A stretch of 64,000 nt of DNA from Octopus bimaculoides (Eukaryota): NCBI RefSeq assembly GCF_001194135.2, contig NC_068998.1, forward strand, positions 44,903,607 through 44,967,606. Reading direction: 5' to 3'. The notes under the pieces are model-generated. The model did no database searches, was not told the DNA's origin, and worked only from the letters and a program-made list of their open reading frames with translations. This document shows positions 50,126 to 63,735 of the stretch, piece after piece (the stretch's first letter is position 1; every line of letters starts with the position of its first letter). Both the position numbers and the translations under genes were made by a program.

Positions 50126-51399
50126 AAAAAAAATATTCATATATTGTGGTTACATAATTGCATAACTTTCTATGTTGTATCTTTTTTATTACACATCTAA
50201 TACTATTGCACCAAACATTATACTCTAACTACATAAGCTATATCTCTGTATTAAATTATATATATACATATTTTACCTATACAACCTTGTATTATCACAT
50301 GAGGCAGCATACATCTAGAGTTTCGTAGTAATTTCTATTCTGAATACACACTCTTAGAATTTCACTCACTTAAAAATTTCACACAAAGCTACAGACTCAA
50401 GATTTCAGCATGAATCTTACATACACTGGCACCTTAACAGCTTTTCAATTCTGAATTATATTACTCTTTCATTAGAAGAAACATAAACAAAACTTTCTTC
50501 CAAAATCCATGCTGAGTTTTTTTGTTTTTTTTTTTGCTTCATTTTTTTTTTAGGTTTTATTTTCCTTTCTAATTTAATTATAAAAATGTATCTTCCTCAT
50601 CTATTAGCCATTTCACTGAAGATCAAGGAATGGGTATAATTTCCTAAAAGTTGTTAAAGGCTTGTGGCAGTTTCATGTAATATATTTTAATTATGTTGTG
50701 CATGGAAATCAAGAAAATAGAGTGAATCATCTAAGAGATAATCTATTGCTACTTCTTGTATGTCTCTCTCATTACAGTTTCTGTCAACAGACATTATTGA
50801 AAGGTATATCTTGGCTGCTTTCATTAACATACTGAAAAGTGTACATTTAATCTAATAGAAATCCTGCTGTTCACACTATACAGACTGTCTATAGTTCTTT
50901 CCTGATTCTTTTCAGTTTCCTCTACAAAATTCATCAGACACATATCACGTTTTTGGAAGTTTTGCTGTTCTTAGAAATTACGATAAAATTTTTTAAAAGA
51001 AAAGCTTCAAGAGAAATAGTTATATAATGGTATGCATACTTACCATCTTTTGCTTGCAAATAACTGTGCTATTTTTGGTAGAATTATCTGCTAGTCTGGC
51101 TATAGCAGATTAAATCTGATAGCCCTATTCATATTTACTTGAATTAAAAACATGGAATATTTAGAAATGACTTGAATCTTTAAAAAAAAAAATACATAAC
51201 TTTGTTGAAATCAAATAAATTATTCAAATTTTTTTATGAATATGTTTGTTTGTAAACAAGATATAATAATCAGTATGCTGTCTGGAGTTGATAATATAAA
51301 TATCAGTTACATACTAGAGGAAGGATTAAGTTGACCTATACTCTACCCCTTAATTTGAGGCATTAGTAACTATTTAAGAAATCATTATCATTAGTATAA

Positions 51400-52270
51400 T
51401 TAACATTGCCGAGGTAGACTGCGCTTTATCTCCTTTCAAGGTTGATAAAGTAAGTACGAATCATGGATTGAGGTTAATATTATCAACAGTTTAGTCGCCA
51501 CCAAAGTTGAGACTTTGTGGTTCAGACAGAGACTAACTTAAATGTAGTAGTGAATTATGCAAGATACATTGATTGGCAACATGTTTAAAACATGGAGTGA
51601 AATGTATTTAGTATTTAATTCCATCCTTTTAAATTATGAGTTAAAATCCTGCCAAGGTCAAGTTTACCTTTCATCCCACTACAGTTGATCAAATAAAGCG
51701 CCAGTTATGTGCTGGAGTCAATATATATCCTTTTATGGCAGTGAGCTGGCAGAATCATTACTGAAACAGGAAAAATGTTGAATGGCATTTCTTCTGACTT
51801 TTCGTTCTGAGTTCAAATGCCACTGGAGTCATTGTTGCCATTCATTCTTGTGGGGTTGATAAAATAAATACCAACTGAGCACTGCGATCGATATAATTGA
51901 CTTACTTCCTCCTTCCTCTAAAATTGCTGGCCTTCTGCCAAAATTTGAAATCAATATATATCCCTCTAGAGTTGATAAAATAAAGTATCAGTTATATACT
52001 GGGGTCAATATGTATTTAATTGTTTACACTCTTCCTAAAATTTCTGATCTTGTACCAAATTAGGTGATTTGATGTAACCAACTAGCCCTACCCCACATAA
52101 TACAGGCCTTGTAAAGAGGATTATTATTACGAAGGCAGCCAGCTTTCAGAATCATTAGTGTGTTTGGACAATATTCTTTGAAGTACCTCTTCTGACACTT
52201 CATAATTTGGGTTCAAATTCTGCCAAAGTTAACTTTGCTTTTCATTCTTCGGGATCAATAAAATACCAGT
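51400..52270 (+). mobile_element. Chain of about six SINE family B copies or fragments
   Basis: Repeated cctttc...gttgataaaataaa.tacca...ctgggg motifs near 51430, 51670, 51840, 51965, 52240; fullest copy 51735-51955. Confidence 0.75.
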
Positions 52271-53040
52271 ATTTTTTTCCTTATGATAATTGGTTCAGTT
52301 TCCTGTCATCTTCACAAGCCCTCCGAGACTGATGGTCAATATTTTTGCAGCCCTGTGAATCTGTTGTAAAAATGTTGGTAGCTCACCACCATTGTACACA
52401 GCCTTCTTGTAACAACACTGAAGCTCTGAAAGACTATTTAAATGTGTGTTGTCTAAACCAATAGTTCCTTCTCATTTTGTCATGAAAGCCTTTTCCAAAA
52501 ATCATGAGACCTGTCTATATATGCTACAAACAACCTCAGATTGGAACAAAACTCAGTTAAAAGAGAAAATCTGTTCATAGAATAAAGCCCAAAACAAAAC
52601 AAAATAACATAATTTAAAAAATAGTGCAAAACATTTTTATAAAATTTATTTTCATCAAATTACATTTAACAAAAAGAAACCTTATTTTGTGAAACACCAG
52701 ACTTATTTCACATAATGTTGGGATTCCTCAGAGTCTATTTTGAGAAGCACAGTTCCAAGTAAATAAATGTAGCACTTTTAATTGATATTGTGAGGGTTGT
52801 TTTTCTGCCTTTAATTAAGCTGATTCTTTCTCCTCACATGAGTTTGATTTTAATTAATTAAAATTTTACTTGCTCACTATACTAAGTATTTGAGCACCAG
52901 CTTCACTATTTGTTTTTCGTGCAGCGTGTCATGTCCTGGTTGGGATTTTTAAATATAACATTGCTATGAAGTGTGGGTTTCTTTTTTTTTTTATTTTAAT
53001 GTTTTACTGGAAAAAATAACAATGCAGTCTCTGACTGCAA

Positions 53041-53108
53041 CAGACCTGACAGTTACAGACCTGACAGTTACAGACCTGACAGTTACAGACCTGACAGTTA
53101 CAGACCTG
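53041..53108. repeat. Perfect 15-bp tandem repeat x4.5
   Basis: (cagacctgacagtta)4 cagacctg. Confidence 0.97.
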
Positions 53109-53267
53109 CTGTTAAAGACTAAATATAAAAGAATCATGTATTGCTGAATTCAGCAAGTTACCAAATCTTTCCAAATATGTTAAGTGACCATCTTGCTTAA
53201 TTTTGTTCATTCATGACTGATACTTGTAGATGGGTACCCAAATGGAATAAATATGTGAGTGTGCGTA

Positions 53268-53321
<54 letters not shown>

Positions 53322-54230
53322 CACACACACACACACATACACTAACATTTACTCTAATTAAAATATTCACTCCCTCTTTCTATTTTTATTATCTCTAATG
53401 TCTTCATAAATTAACGATCTGAGAATAAAATAAAATATATATTTTGTAGAAAATAAATGGACATTCAACTTAAATGTTAAAAAGAGAGAGAGAGAAGGGG
53501 AGGAAGAAGAAAGAGAGAGAGTGAGGAAAAGGGAGAGAGAGTGAGGCCAGACATGTCGTCAAGAAGATTTTCTGTAATTTCAAATGGCCAAATCTTTTTA
53601 TGGCTTTTATCTTCTCACACTTATGCACAAAGTTCAGACGCACTTCAGATTGACAAGCAATTAACTGTGATATTGTTTACCACTGGAGAAGAAAGGCCAA
53701 AATGTACATGGAGAAGAAGGAAAGATGTAATTGTAACTACTGTGGTGATGATGAATTGGTAAAAGCAGACGACAGTAATCTAGACTAAGATAAATGAAGT
53801 TTTTTTTTTTTTTTCTCAGGATTATCTAAATGTTATTTATAAGAAAATGACTGACATTTCATTTGGGTCAGCATTTAAATATCCTTGTTATTTTCTGAGC
53901 ACATATTCCTGTGATTTAGTTGAGTTTACAGAGGCTTTTTAATATTTATATTTAATAATTTTCAATGGAGATGTATTGAGAGTCAGATTTTGAAAAATTG
54001 TTTTGTAGAGTTATTTTCTGATATTGTAAGATTGCGAATTGAATTCTTGTCATGATGATAACCTCAACATTCAACTTTCTGGAGTTGCTAAAATAAAGTA
54101 CCACTCAAGTATATCTTCAATATAATCGATTATATTTCTCCCACCCCATTTCTAGGTCATGTGCCATTTTTTAAACTTGACCTGTGAGAAATAATAGCTA
54201 AATCACTCTCAGCTGGTTTAAAAAATGATG

Positions 54231-54670
54231 GACACATCATCATGGTTTAACATCTGCTTTCCATGCTGGCATGAGTTGGATGATTTCACATGGAACTGGA
54301 TAACTGGAAGCTGTCCAGACTCCAACTGTCTGTTTTGGCATGGTTTCTATAGCTGGATGCCCTTCCTAATGTCAACCATTTATCAGAGTGTACTAGGTAC
54401 TTTTTGCATGCCACTGGCATAAGTGCATTTATGCAGCACCAGCATTGGTGCATTAACACAGCACCAGCATAGGTGCTCTTTATGTGGCACCAGCACCTGA
54501 AATGACAATCCTATAAATGTGGAAGACAGCAATTTTACTTAGCTTGATGTGTCTTATCAAGTACAGCAAATCGCCATATCTTCCCTGATTCCTTGTCATT
54601 TCCTCGGTGAGGTCAAGCATCTGAAGATCGTTTTTCACCACTTCATCCCACATCTTCCTGGGTCTGCCCA
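54231..54670 (-). mobile_element. RTE-clade LINE 3' end (ORF2 C-terminus, 3' UTR, GAT tail)
   Basis: GRPRKMWDEVVKNDLQMLDLTEEMTRNQ matches the RTE ORF2 terminus pattern GRPxxTWxxxVxxDLxxLxLxxEMxxDR; 3' UTR homologous to 18319-18548. Confidence 0.85.
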
Positions 54671-54672
54671 TT

Positions 54673-54935
54673 ACTCTTTACTCTTTTAAGTCTTTTTGAC
54701 TGTGGCCATGCTGGAGCACCGCCTTTAGTCAAGCAAATCGACCCCAGGACTTNNNNNNNNNNTGCTGGAGCACCGCCTTTAGTCAAGCAAATCGACCCCA
54801 GGACTTATTCTTTGGAAGCCTAGTACTTATTCTATTGTTCTCTTTTGCTAAACCACTACGTTACGGGGACGTAAACACACCAGCATTGGTTGTCAAGCGA
54901 TGTCGGCGGGGAGAAGCACAGACACACAAACATAT
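54673..54935 (-). mobile_element. SINE family A 3' half, with a 44-bp duplication across a 10-N gap
   Basis: Reverse complement of family A tail; 54709-54752 repeated at 54763-54806. Confidence 0.85.
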
Positions 54936-55772
54936 ATACTGTAAGCATTACAATTGAAGGATTAATATGAATGCTAAAGGGTTAAATCTTATTAGAAAAT
55001 TTCTAAATAATGTGACATACCAGAAAAATCAATTGTTTTGTGTTTTTGATTGTGTATTAAATAANNNNNNNNNNNNNNNNNNNNNNNNNNNNNNNNNNNN
55101 NNNNNNNNNNNNNNNNNNNNNNNNNNNNNNNNNNNNNNNNNNNNNNNNNNNNNNNNNNNNNNNNNNNNNNNNNNNNNNNNNNNNNNNNNNNNNNNNNNNN
55201 NNNNNNNNNNNNNNNNNNNNNNNNNNNNNNNNNAAAAAAAAAAAAAGATGATCTTTCAATTGTTGCTGCTTCGGTTTTGAAAATTATGATAGACCTACAA
55301 TTATGAAACTAGATGTGTTTTATGTCTTTTTCATCGTGTATTTAATACTCATTTTTTTTAAAATTTTAACAAAAGAAAGTTTAGAGTTTCAAATGGAAAT
55401 TTTTTCAGAATGAAGTGAATAATCCAAATCACTGCACATGTACAGATTTGTAAAAATATGAAGTCTGTTTTCCATTTACAATGTAAATGTGTGACAAAAT
55501 TTCTGCATCTGACAGTATATTTTTTTAAAATTTTCCCCTGAGACATATTTTGAATATACTTAGCACAAAAGAAGATTTCCTTAAAAAAGAAAAAAAAAAA
55601 TGAGTTTGCTGCAGTGGGAACTTTTCTAAAAAAAGTGACAGGATCATTTTGTTTGGAACATGAAATAGTCATGACTGAAACACTTAACCAAAAAATGGTT
55701 AATTTTTTGTTTTGAAATTTTTGTAAGTTATATATGTGGATTAGAAATTTTTAAAAAGGATCATCAATAAAA

Positions 55773-56158
55773 GGCACAGTCATGTCTGTGTAGTAAGAAA
55801 CTTGCTTCCCAACCACTTGGTTCCGGGTTCAGTCCTACTGTGTGGCACCTTGAGCAAGTGTCTTCTACTCTAGCCTCAGGCCAAGTGCATTTTATAGACA
55901 GAAACTGAAAGAAGCCCACCATTTGTGTGTGTGTGTGTGAGTCTGTATTTGTTCCCTTATCACTTACTTGATAACCAGTGTTGGTGCATTTATTTCCCTG
56001 TAACTTAGTGGTTTAGCAAAAGAAACTGCTAGAATAAGTACTAGGCTTTAAAAAATAAGCTCTGGGGACAATTTGTTCAACTAAAATCCTTCAAGGCAGT
56101 ATTCCACCATGGCTGCAGTTGAATGACTAAAAACAACTAAAAGAATAAAAGAAAAAAG
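55773..56158 (+). mobile_element. SINE family A, full length, diverged
   Basis: Head, (TG)n core and tail all present. Confidence 0.88.
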
Positions 56159-59100
56159 AGTCAGATATTCCAAGCATGACCATCTGGCCTTTTTTAAAAG
56201 CAATCCAACAATGACTAACCCCTCATATTTTAAAAGCCATCCAACTGTAACATCCCTTTGTTTTTATAGTGTTCCAACAGTGAACATCCAGTTCCTGTTT
56301 TTTTATAAGTAAAAACAATCAAAAGTAATATATATATAGACGAGTGGGTGGAGAGGAAATAATGGAAATTTTATGAATGGAATTTCTTGCTGCATGCACA
56401 TGATATGTATTTATGCACAATAAATTAAACTGTTTATTGCTCTTCCATCATCATCCAGTTTTTTTCTCCGGATATAGTGTTTTCTAAGAGTTTGATATGT
56501 AGAGTCCATGATGGAGTAGATATATTGTTTGTCTATCAGTCTTGCCATGATCATTAGGTCTGTTAGATATATCCTTGTCATCATTTTAACATATATGCTT
56601 TTATTCTTACATGGATCAGACAATATCTTTGTTGAGGTATTTTTTTCTACGGCCAGATGCTCTGTATGTCACCAACCCTCACCTGTTTCCAAAAAAGATA
56701 ATATTTCCCTTTGTCAATCAAATAATAAACCGCCAGGATATGATTTTATGGAGAACTGTAAACCAATGGATGAACAGTGACTTGTTTTTAATCAACATTC
56801 ACTTGTCAAGACAGAAGGAAGACATACTCACACACAAAAAACACAAACACATGCAAAAAAACACACAAATGCACATATACACACAATGGGTTTCTTCCAG
56901 TTTCCATTTACCATCTTTTACACACAAAGCATTGGTCAACCTACAGCCATATTAGAAGACTTGTTAGTGTCTGTGTATACAATGAGACAAATTGATAGAA
57001 TTATTAGAGAGTCAAATAGATTGCTTTGACTTTCTATGCTTTGATTTCAAATTCTTCCAATATTAACCTTGTCATTCATCCTTTTAGGATCAACAAATAA
57101 ACTACCAGTCTTGTACTGGGGTAAATTCTTTCTCTTACTTTTTCTTTCTGCCTATCAGTCTTGCTTTCCTGGAAGAAATTGGCTGTAGTTAACTCTGGAA
57201 ATTGGTGCACTCCTCCAGGTCAAATATGCCAAAGATATACTATCTGTCGTAGCATGAATACTTTTGCATAATTTTCTTTTAAAAGGAAATAGTGAAATGC
57301 AAGCAAAATTTTAAGATATAAATTCTTGCAGCAGCTGATATACAATAATTAAATCCCTTTCATTTCTTTTGTTTTCATTTTACTTCCTATAATTACAGTT
57401 TCATTAAAAACTAACTCCTGTAATAGAAAAGAACCATGGAATGAAGCAGTCTAGATTAATATAGAAGCAAGACTGACATATTGTAAAGGACCTCGCATTT
57501 TCAGGGACCCCACACTAAATATTTTGTCTTAACAGTGTTATTCTACTTTCGACTTTCATAAACCACTGAATGTTATGGCTGATCCAATACTTGGAATATT
57601 TCAAGGTCCAAATCAAATATTTGCAAAGTTATCAAATCCTGATTCGATGACTGTACCTGATCTATTATTGTAGTGCTATACTGCCTTTAGCTTTATGAAC
57701 AACTTGGATATTTAATGTTGATCCATTCCTAGAATGCTTCCAAGCTCCAATGCACTTTAAATTGCACAAATCAAATTACATTAATCAAATCGAATGACAA
57801 TTGTAAATGGGAAGACTTAGTTCATTTTTATCAGATGCTAATTAATAGACTTTCAAATCTATCACTATTTCGATATATGAAACTCGCCCTACAATAACTG
57901 AGCTCAATTATTTTTCTTATAAAATCAGTTGAATAAATCAGATTATTATTTATATATATTATAGACATGATAATCCTCACCATCCCCATTAAATCAAACT
58001 GAAAGTTTAGTTTTAAACTAACATAAAACATATTAATGTGTCGATTTTCTACTTAACATTATATTAAGCAAAACTTGAGCACAAATAGCATGTTTAAATT
58101 GATAGTCACATTTTCAACCTAACACCTCAAAAAGAATTTACATTAGTGCTGTATATCAGGACTGAATATTTAATTTGTGTATCTTAGTCTCTTTAGTAAC
58201 AACATTATATGTAAGAGAGTTTATGTAATGCTGAAACATTTTAAACTTAGTTTTTATATTTGGTTTAAAACAAAATCAGAATCTATAGTGGAAGGTTCCA
58301 CTTTCATAAATCCTAGACACATTGTCTTTCAGGTTTAACTTTCTAAATGTCTCAAATATGTCAGCTGGCAGATGAATAGTAATGAAACTCTTGTAATTAA
58401 TTAGATAACCACCTCTTTTTCCTCTTGCTTGATGATTTCTATACATTTCTCCTTCGTATCTGCAGCTGGATCCATAACAATATTTATAATTCAATGAAAT
58501 GGCTAGAATTCAATTTAGGTTCCATTTATAGCATATATTAGAAGTTACAAAGACCCCTTCATGGGGACTTCACACCCACAATTTAGTCATTTTTTTTTGT
58601 AAAGCAAAGACGAATACAGTTGTACAATTGGTAGCTATAGGGTCACCCGAACATAACAGAGGAGCATTATTTGTAATTCAATGGTACAACAGTGTAAGAC
58701 TATCCTTTCAGATATACTTACATTGTGATTTCTGCAATGTGGTGCATAAATTGTCAAGTAAATGAGACTCATCTTTGCCTCCACTTAATCTGGTCCTAAA
58801 TGTAATTTATTCATGAATTACAAATTGAGAAAGCTTTCATGAAGATAACATTTTCATAAACTTTTGCAGTTTGGCTTTCATATTTTCAGTTTCATCTCTC
58901 AAGCTCTAACCGATAGATCAAACACATCTTATTGCATGACATACCATGATAACAACTTCATTGACAAAGAGTGATGTTTGTTTCATGTAATTAGTAGAAC
59001 TGTAGCCAAAGATATTTCAGCATATCACTGGTACTTTTGGTCACCTGTAAGCCATAAATGACAAAGTTTGCTTTTGTGGGATTTGAACTTAAAATGTAGA

Positions 59101-59159
59101 GGGATAAAACAAAAATTTCTGCCAATTCATTGCTATGAAAAACAGATGTATTCACTTAC

Positions 59160-59210
59160 CTCTATTACTTCATTGAAGTCTGTCTCCTCCAATATACTTG
59201 TGCCATATTC
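59160..59210 (-). CDS. Candidate 51-nt coding exon of an unidentified gene (EYGTSILEETDFNEVIE)
   Basis: Acceptor tttttaatcag|G, donor GAG|gtaagt, 17 codons, only phase 0 is open, unique sequence. No frame-compatible neighbour exon found. Confidence 0.3.
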
Positions 59211-60244
59211 CTGATTAAAAATGTTGCTCCAGGTTTTTAAAAACTGCAATCAAGCTTTATGAGGTTAAAACAGATTTCTTTTGTGCTGCTGGAATGTAAA
59301 GATAATATTATGAATTGGTAACATCTAACATCTCACCATTTAGATGTCTTGCTTTTGTACTAATAATGATTTTCCGATAACGAATACAAATGAAAATTAA
59401 ATAATTCAATGAGAAATTTTCAGAATATCATTTAAATTTTCAATGATAAATTTATAACAAATAGTTGAATTATTAAATATTATTAAAAATCAGTTTTGTT
59501 CTATTAATGTCTTCATTTCTCTTTCATTTTTATTTAATTACGTTTTCGGATTTAGATTGATATCAAGGGACAGAATTTGATTCAATTTTTCTTTCTAAGT
59601 TTCTTTTACTGTAAGAAATTTCCAATTGTTATTTCAAAGGAAAAGAAGAATTAAAATTCCAGCAACAAACTGAAATTCAAATCAAGGAAAATATTGATTT
59701 ATTATTCTAATTGGATTTCGATTTGAGTTAAAATTTTTGTTTTAAACTCCTCCATCCAACCTTTATTTTAGTTCATAAAAATATTTTATTAAAACTTGTT
59801 CTTCATCTGAGATATTTTTCACATTGCTAAAGTTTGACCATGGAAGGATGAAAGAAGGAAATTACTACCTTTATTCACTCATCTGTTTCATAATCGTTTT
59901 ATCCTGTAATCATATATTTTATACCAACTGGACACAATTTTGATGTACTTTAACTTAAATTTACTATTGATATAGATAGGATTGTTCATAAAGTGGTACT
60001 GAAGAGATATGAATATTAAAACAGATAAGAAAGTGATAGAGAAAAAATCTTTCTACATGCAATGGAAGGTCCAAAAGTTCCTGGCCTTGCATGGAAAGCA
60101 GACATAAAATGATGATAGCTGAAACATGCCAAATCTCATTCTTTAACAGGTAATCGCATCATCCAAATGCATTTAGATATACTTTTATTGCTGTTAAAAT
60201 AATCTTTAATGGACCTTCTTTTCAAAATATCACAAATTGCACAA

Positions 60245-60352
60245 TTCAGTCCCACTGCGTGGCACCTTGGGCAAGTGTTTTCTACTATAACCTCAGGCCG
60301 ACCAAAGCCTTGTGAGTGGATTTGGTAGACGGAAACTGAAAGAAGCCCGTTG

Positions 60353-60391
<39 letters not shown>

Positions 60392-60601
60392 ATATGTTTG
60401 TGTGTCTGTGTTTGTCCCCCCCAATATCGCTTGACAGCCGATGCTGGTGTGTTTACGTACCTGTAACTTAGCGGTGTGGCACAAGAGACTGATAGAATAA
60501 GTACTAGGCTTACAAAGAATAAGTCCTGGGGTCGATATGCTCGACTAAAAAGGCGGTGCTCCAGCATGGCTGCAGTCAAATGACTGAAACAAGTAAAAGA
60601 G
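60245..60601 (+). mobile_element. SINE family A, 5'-truncated, young
   Basis: Begins in the B box (ttcagtcccactgcgtggc); complete tail ...gaaacaagtaaaagag. Confidence 0.92.
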
Positions 60602-61879
60602 TATCAGCTGAGAGGAAAGCATTTTCAAATGATGATGAAGTAAATACTGTTGTTGTTGAGCATTTTTATTTAATAAAGGATTCAAATTTTAAGTCAACCG
60701 TGTAATAAGTATATTCAGATAGAAGATGATATTTGAAAAATAATAAAATTTCTTTTCCAGTTCCTTTCATATACATATGTAGACTAGGAAACTTTGGACC
60801 TTCCCTTATTCATACAATGTACAAGATTTNNNNNNNNNNNNNNNNNNNNNNNNNNNNNNNNNNNNNNNNNNNNNNNNNNNNNNNNNNNNNNNNNNNNNNN
60901 NNNNNNNNNNNNNNNNNNNNNNNNNNNNNNNNNNNNNNNNNNNNNNNNNNNNNNNNNNNNNNNNNNNNNNNNNNNNNNNNNNNNNNNNNNNNNNNNNNNN
61001 NNNNNNNNNNNNNNNNNNNNNNNNNNNNNNNNNNNNNNNNNNNNNNNNNNNNNNNNNNNNNNNNNNNNNNNNNNNNNNNNNNNNNNNNNNNNNNNNNNNN
61101 NNNNNNNNNNNNNNNNNNNNNNNNNNNNNNNNNNNNNNNNNNNNNNNNNNNNNNNNNNNNNNNNNNNNNNNNNNNNNNNNNNNNNNNNNNNNNNNNNNNN
61201 NNNNNNNNNNNNNNNNNNNNNNNNNNNNNNNNNNNNNNNNNNNNNNNNNNNNNNNNNNNNNNNNNNNNNNNNNNNNNNNNNNNNNNNNNNNNNNNNNNNN
61301 NNNNNNNNNNNNNNNNNNNNNNNNNNNNNNNNNNNNNNNNNNNNNNNNNNNNNNNNNNNNNNNNNNNNNNNNNNNNNNNNNNNNNNNNNGATCTTTAAGT
61401 TTATCGAAGATATTTGTAATGATATAATCAGGGAAACCGAATGAAATAACGAGCTATTTTTGAAGCCTGCCACAAATTAATTCTACTCATTGTCAGCCAT
61501 CTTGATTTGACTCTGAGCCAAATGCTGATCTGATTTTCTATAATATATATGTGTATATATAAATATATATATATATATGTGTGTGTGTGTGTATGTATGT
61601 ATACACACACACATGCATAAGCACATGTCACACACGCGTGTGTGTATGTATGTGTGTCTCTATATTGTGTTACTTTAAATATCGTGATAGAATCATTATA
61701 GATTTTTTTTTCTCTCCTTTGCATTACATTGTATTCCCTCAATTGTTTATTACATTTGAAATAAATATGCTATTTTAGTCTTTTTTTGTCCAGCCACAAT
61801 GTTAGCAAATACATACACATATATACACATACACACTTATACACGCATATAAAAATATATACATATATATACAGTTAGT

Positions 61880-61910
<31 letters not shown>

Positions 61911-62324
61911 CATTTATTGTGTATGTGTTTGTGTCTAATATAGTATACATATATACATACGTATATATCAATCATCTGGTTTAAGGTTGACTTCCACTTA
62001 GCAATGCCTTAGACAAGTTTCTTCTTCCAAAGCACTTGGCTAATGTAAGCTTGGGGTGTGGATTTAGTTGATAGAAACTAAAAGAAGCCTATCATGTATA
62101 TATAGATATGTGTGTGTGTGTGTTTATGTTTGTGCTCCTCTAGAAATTACTGAACAACAAACCAAACAATGGTTGACATTTTCCCTGTTAACAAATTGCT
62201 CACAGGTTTTTATGCCATCAGAGATAGGTGGAATAGAATAAACCTCGTGCTTGGAAAACAAGTACGATTCAGTGACAAGAAGAGCGTCCATTTGTAAAAG
62301 ATTGTGTTGATAATATATTCAGTA

Positions 62325-62560
62325 GCGTGAGCAAGCTGGCGGAAGCATTAGCATGCCGGGTGAAATGCTCAGTAGTATTTCGTCTGCAGTTACGTTCTGA
62401 GTTCAATTTCCACCAAGGTCGACTTAGCCTTTCATCTTTTTGGGGGGTCGATTACATAAGTACTAGTTACACACTGGGGTCGATGTAATCGTATTAATCC
62501 CTTAGTCTGTTATTGTTTGTTACCTCTATGTTTAACCCCCTGTGGGCTATAAAGAAATAA
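62325..62560 (+). mobile_element. SINE family B variant with a different 3' tail
   Basis: gagcaagctggcggaagcattagcatgccgggtgaaatgc...ttctgagttcaatttcc...ggtcgacttagcctttcatc...actggggtcgatgtaatcg. Confidence 0.8.
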
Positions 62561-63524
62561 ATATATTTGGAACTGTGTATGTGTGTCTGTATGTATGTAT
62601 AGTTTTGCTTTTAATTGTTTCAGCCAGAATTCTGTCGCCTTGTTTGTATATAACCATTAGAGTGAATGTTAGTTTATTTTATTTCACTTCCACAGACACC
62701 ATTCCATGTGTGAAGCTAAGATGGGCTCCAATGTAGAAATCCAAAATTTAAAGAAACAAATGATTAGATAGGGTAATACATTTAGTCTGCTTTTCTGTTT
62801 ATCTATTACCATTGTATTGTTCTTTTTCATATATAATATACAATTTACTAATACTAATATTGTGACAGATGACCACAAATTAGTAGGGAAGAGATATTAT
62901 CATCTGAATTGATCCTATAGATGGCATGCCCTTATTTTGTTGATCAGGAGTATGTTTAGTCTGCTACTCTTTAATTTCTGTTGTTAAATGTCTTTTCATC
63001 TTGTATAATGTTGTTTTCTTAAACTCTAAAAAAGTAAGTGAAATATTCTGATTTTTTTTTTTTACTAAATCTGATTAGAAAATCATGCTTTGCGAAACAG
63101 TGTTTGCAGTGATGGAATAATCTATGATGGAAAAGGTGGGAGAATAAATATATATATGATTTATTCATGCTAGGTAAATATTTGTGGTAATTTAAATAGT
63201 AACTACTCTATAAGTAATTTGTATGTTATTGCTTTTAGCTTCCAAATGTCTATTTCAATACAAAATGGAATATCATTCAATAATTGTCATGTATAAACAA
63301 TGAAAATTGATTTAAAGTTTTGACCAAAAGATTTTGGTCAGTTTTAATTCCGAAAGTCTATAAGTACTTATATTTTCTTCATCAAAAGTTCTCTCTTACT
63401 CTGGTTTTTGAAACATTGAACCGAGATACTTATCAAAAATTATGAATTCCAATCAACCTTATTTTGGAAGTTCAATTGTTTCATACTTTGATGAAATACC
63501 ACATAAAACTATATTTTGTGAAGA

Positions 63525-63685
63525 AATGGTAAGAAGCTTGCTTCCCAACCACATGGTTCTGAGTTCAGTTCCACTGTGTGGCACCTTGTGTCTTCTACTT
63601 TAGTCTTGGGCTGGCCAAAGCCTTGTGAGTGGATTTGGTAGGCAGAAACTGAATGAAGCCTGTCGTATATATGTATATTTATATA

Positions 63686-63735
<50 letters not shown>
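63525..63735 (+). mobile_element. SINE family A 5' half ending in its (TG)n tract
   Basis: ggtaagaagcttgcttcccaaccacatggttctgagttcag...aagcctgtcg(TA)(TG)n. Confidence 0.88.

Noticed and set aside
50905-50945. CTGATGA...GAAAC on the minus strand (similar case near 26155-26187)
   Set aside because: Neither stem II nor stem I can form.
52280-52520. Possible further mariner N-terminal fragment on minus
   Set aside because: Only vague motif resemblance, and no TIR found.
54709-54806. 44-bp direct repeat
   Set aside because: It exactly brackets a 10-N gap, so it is most likely an unmerged contig overlap.
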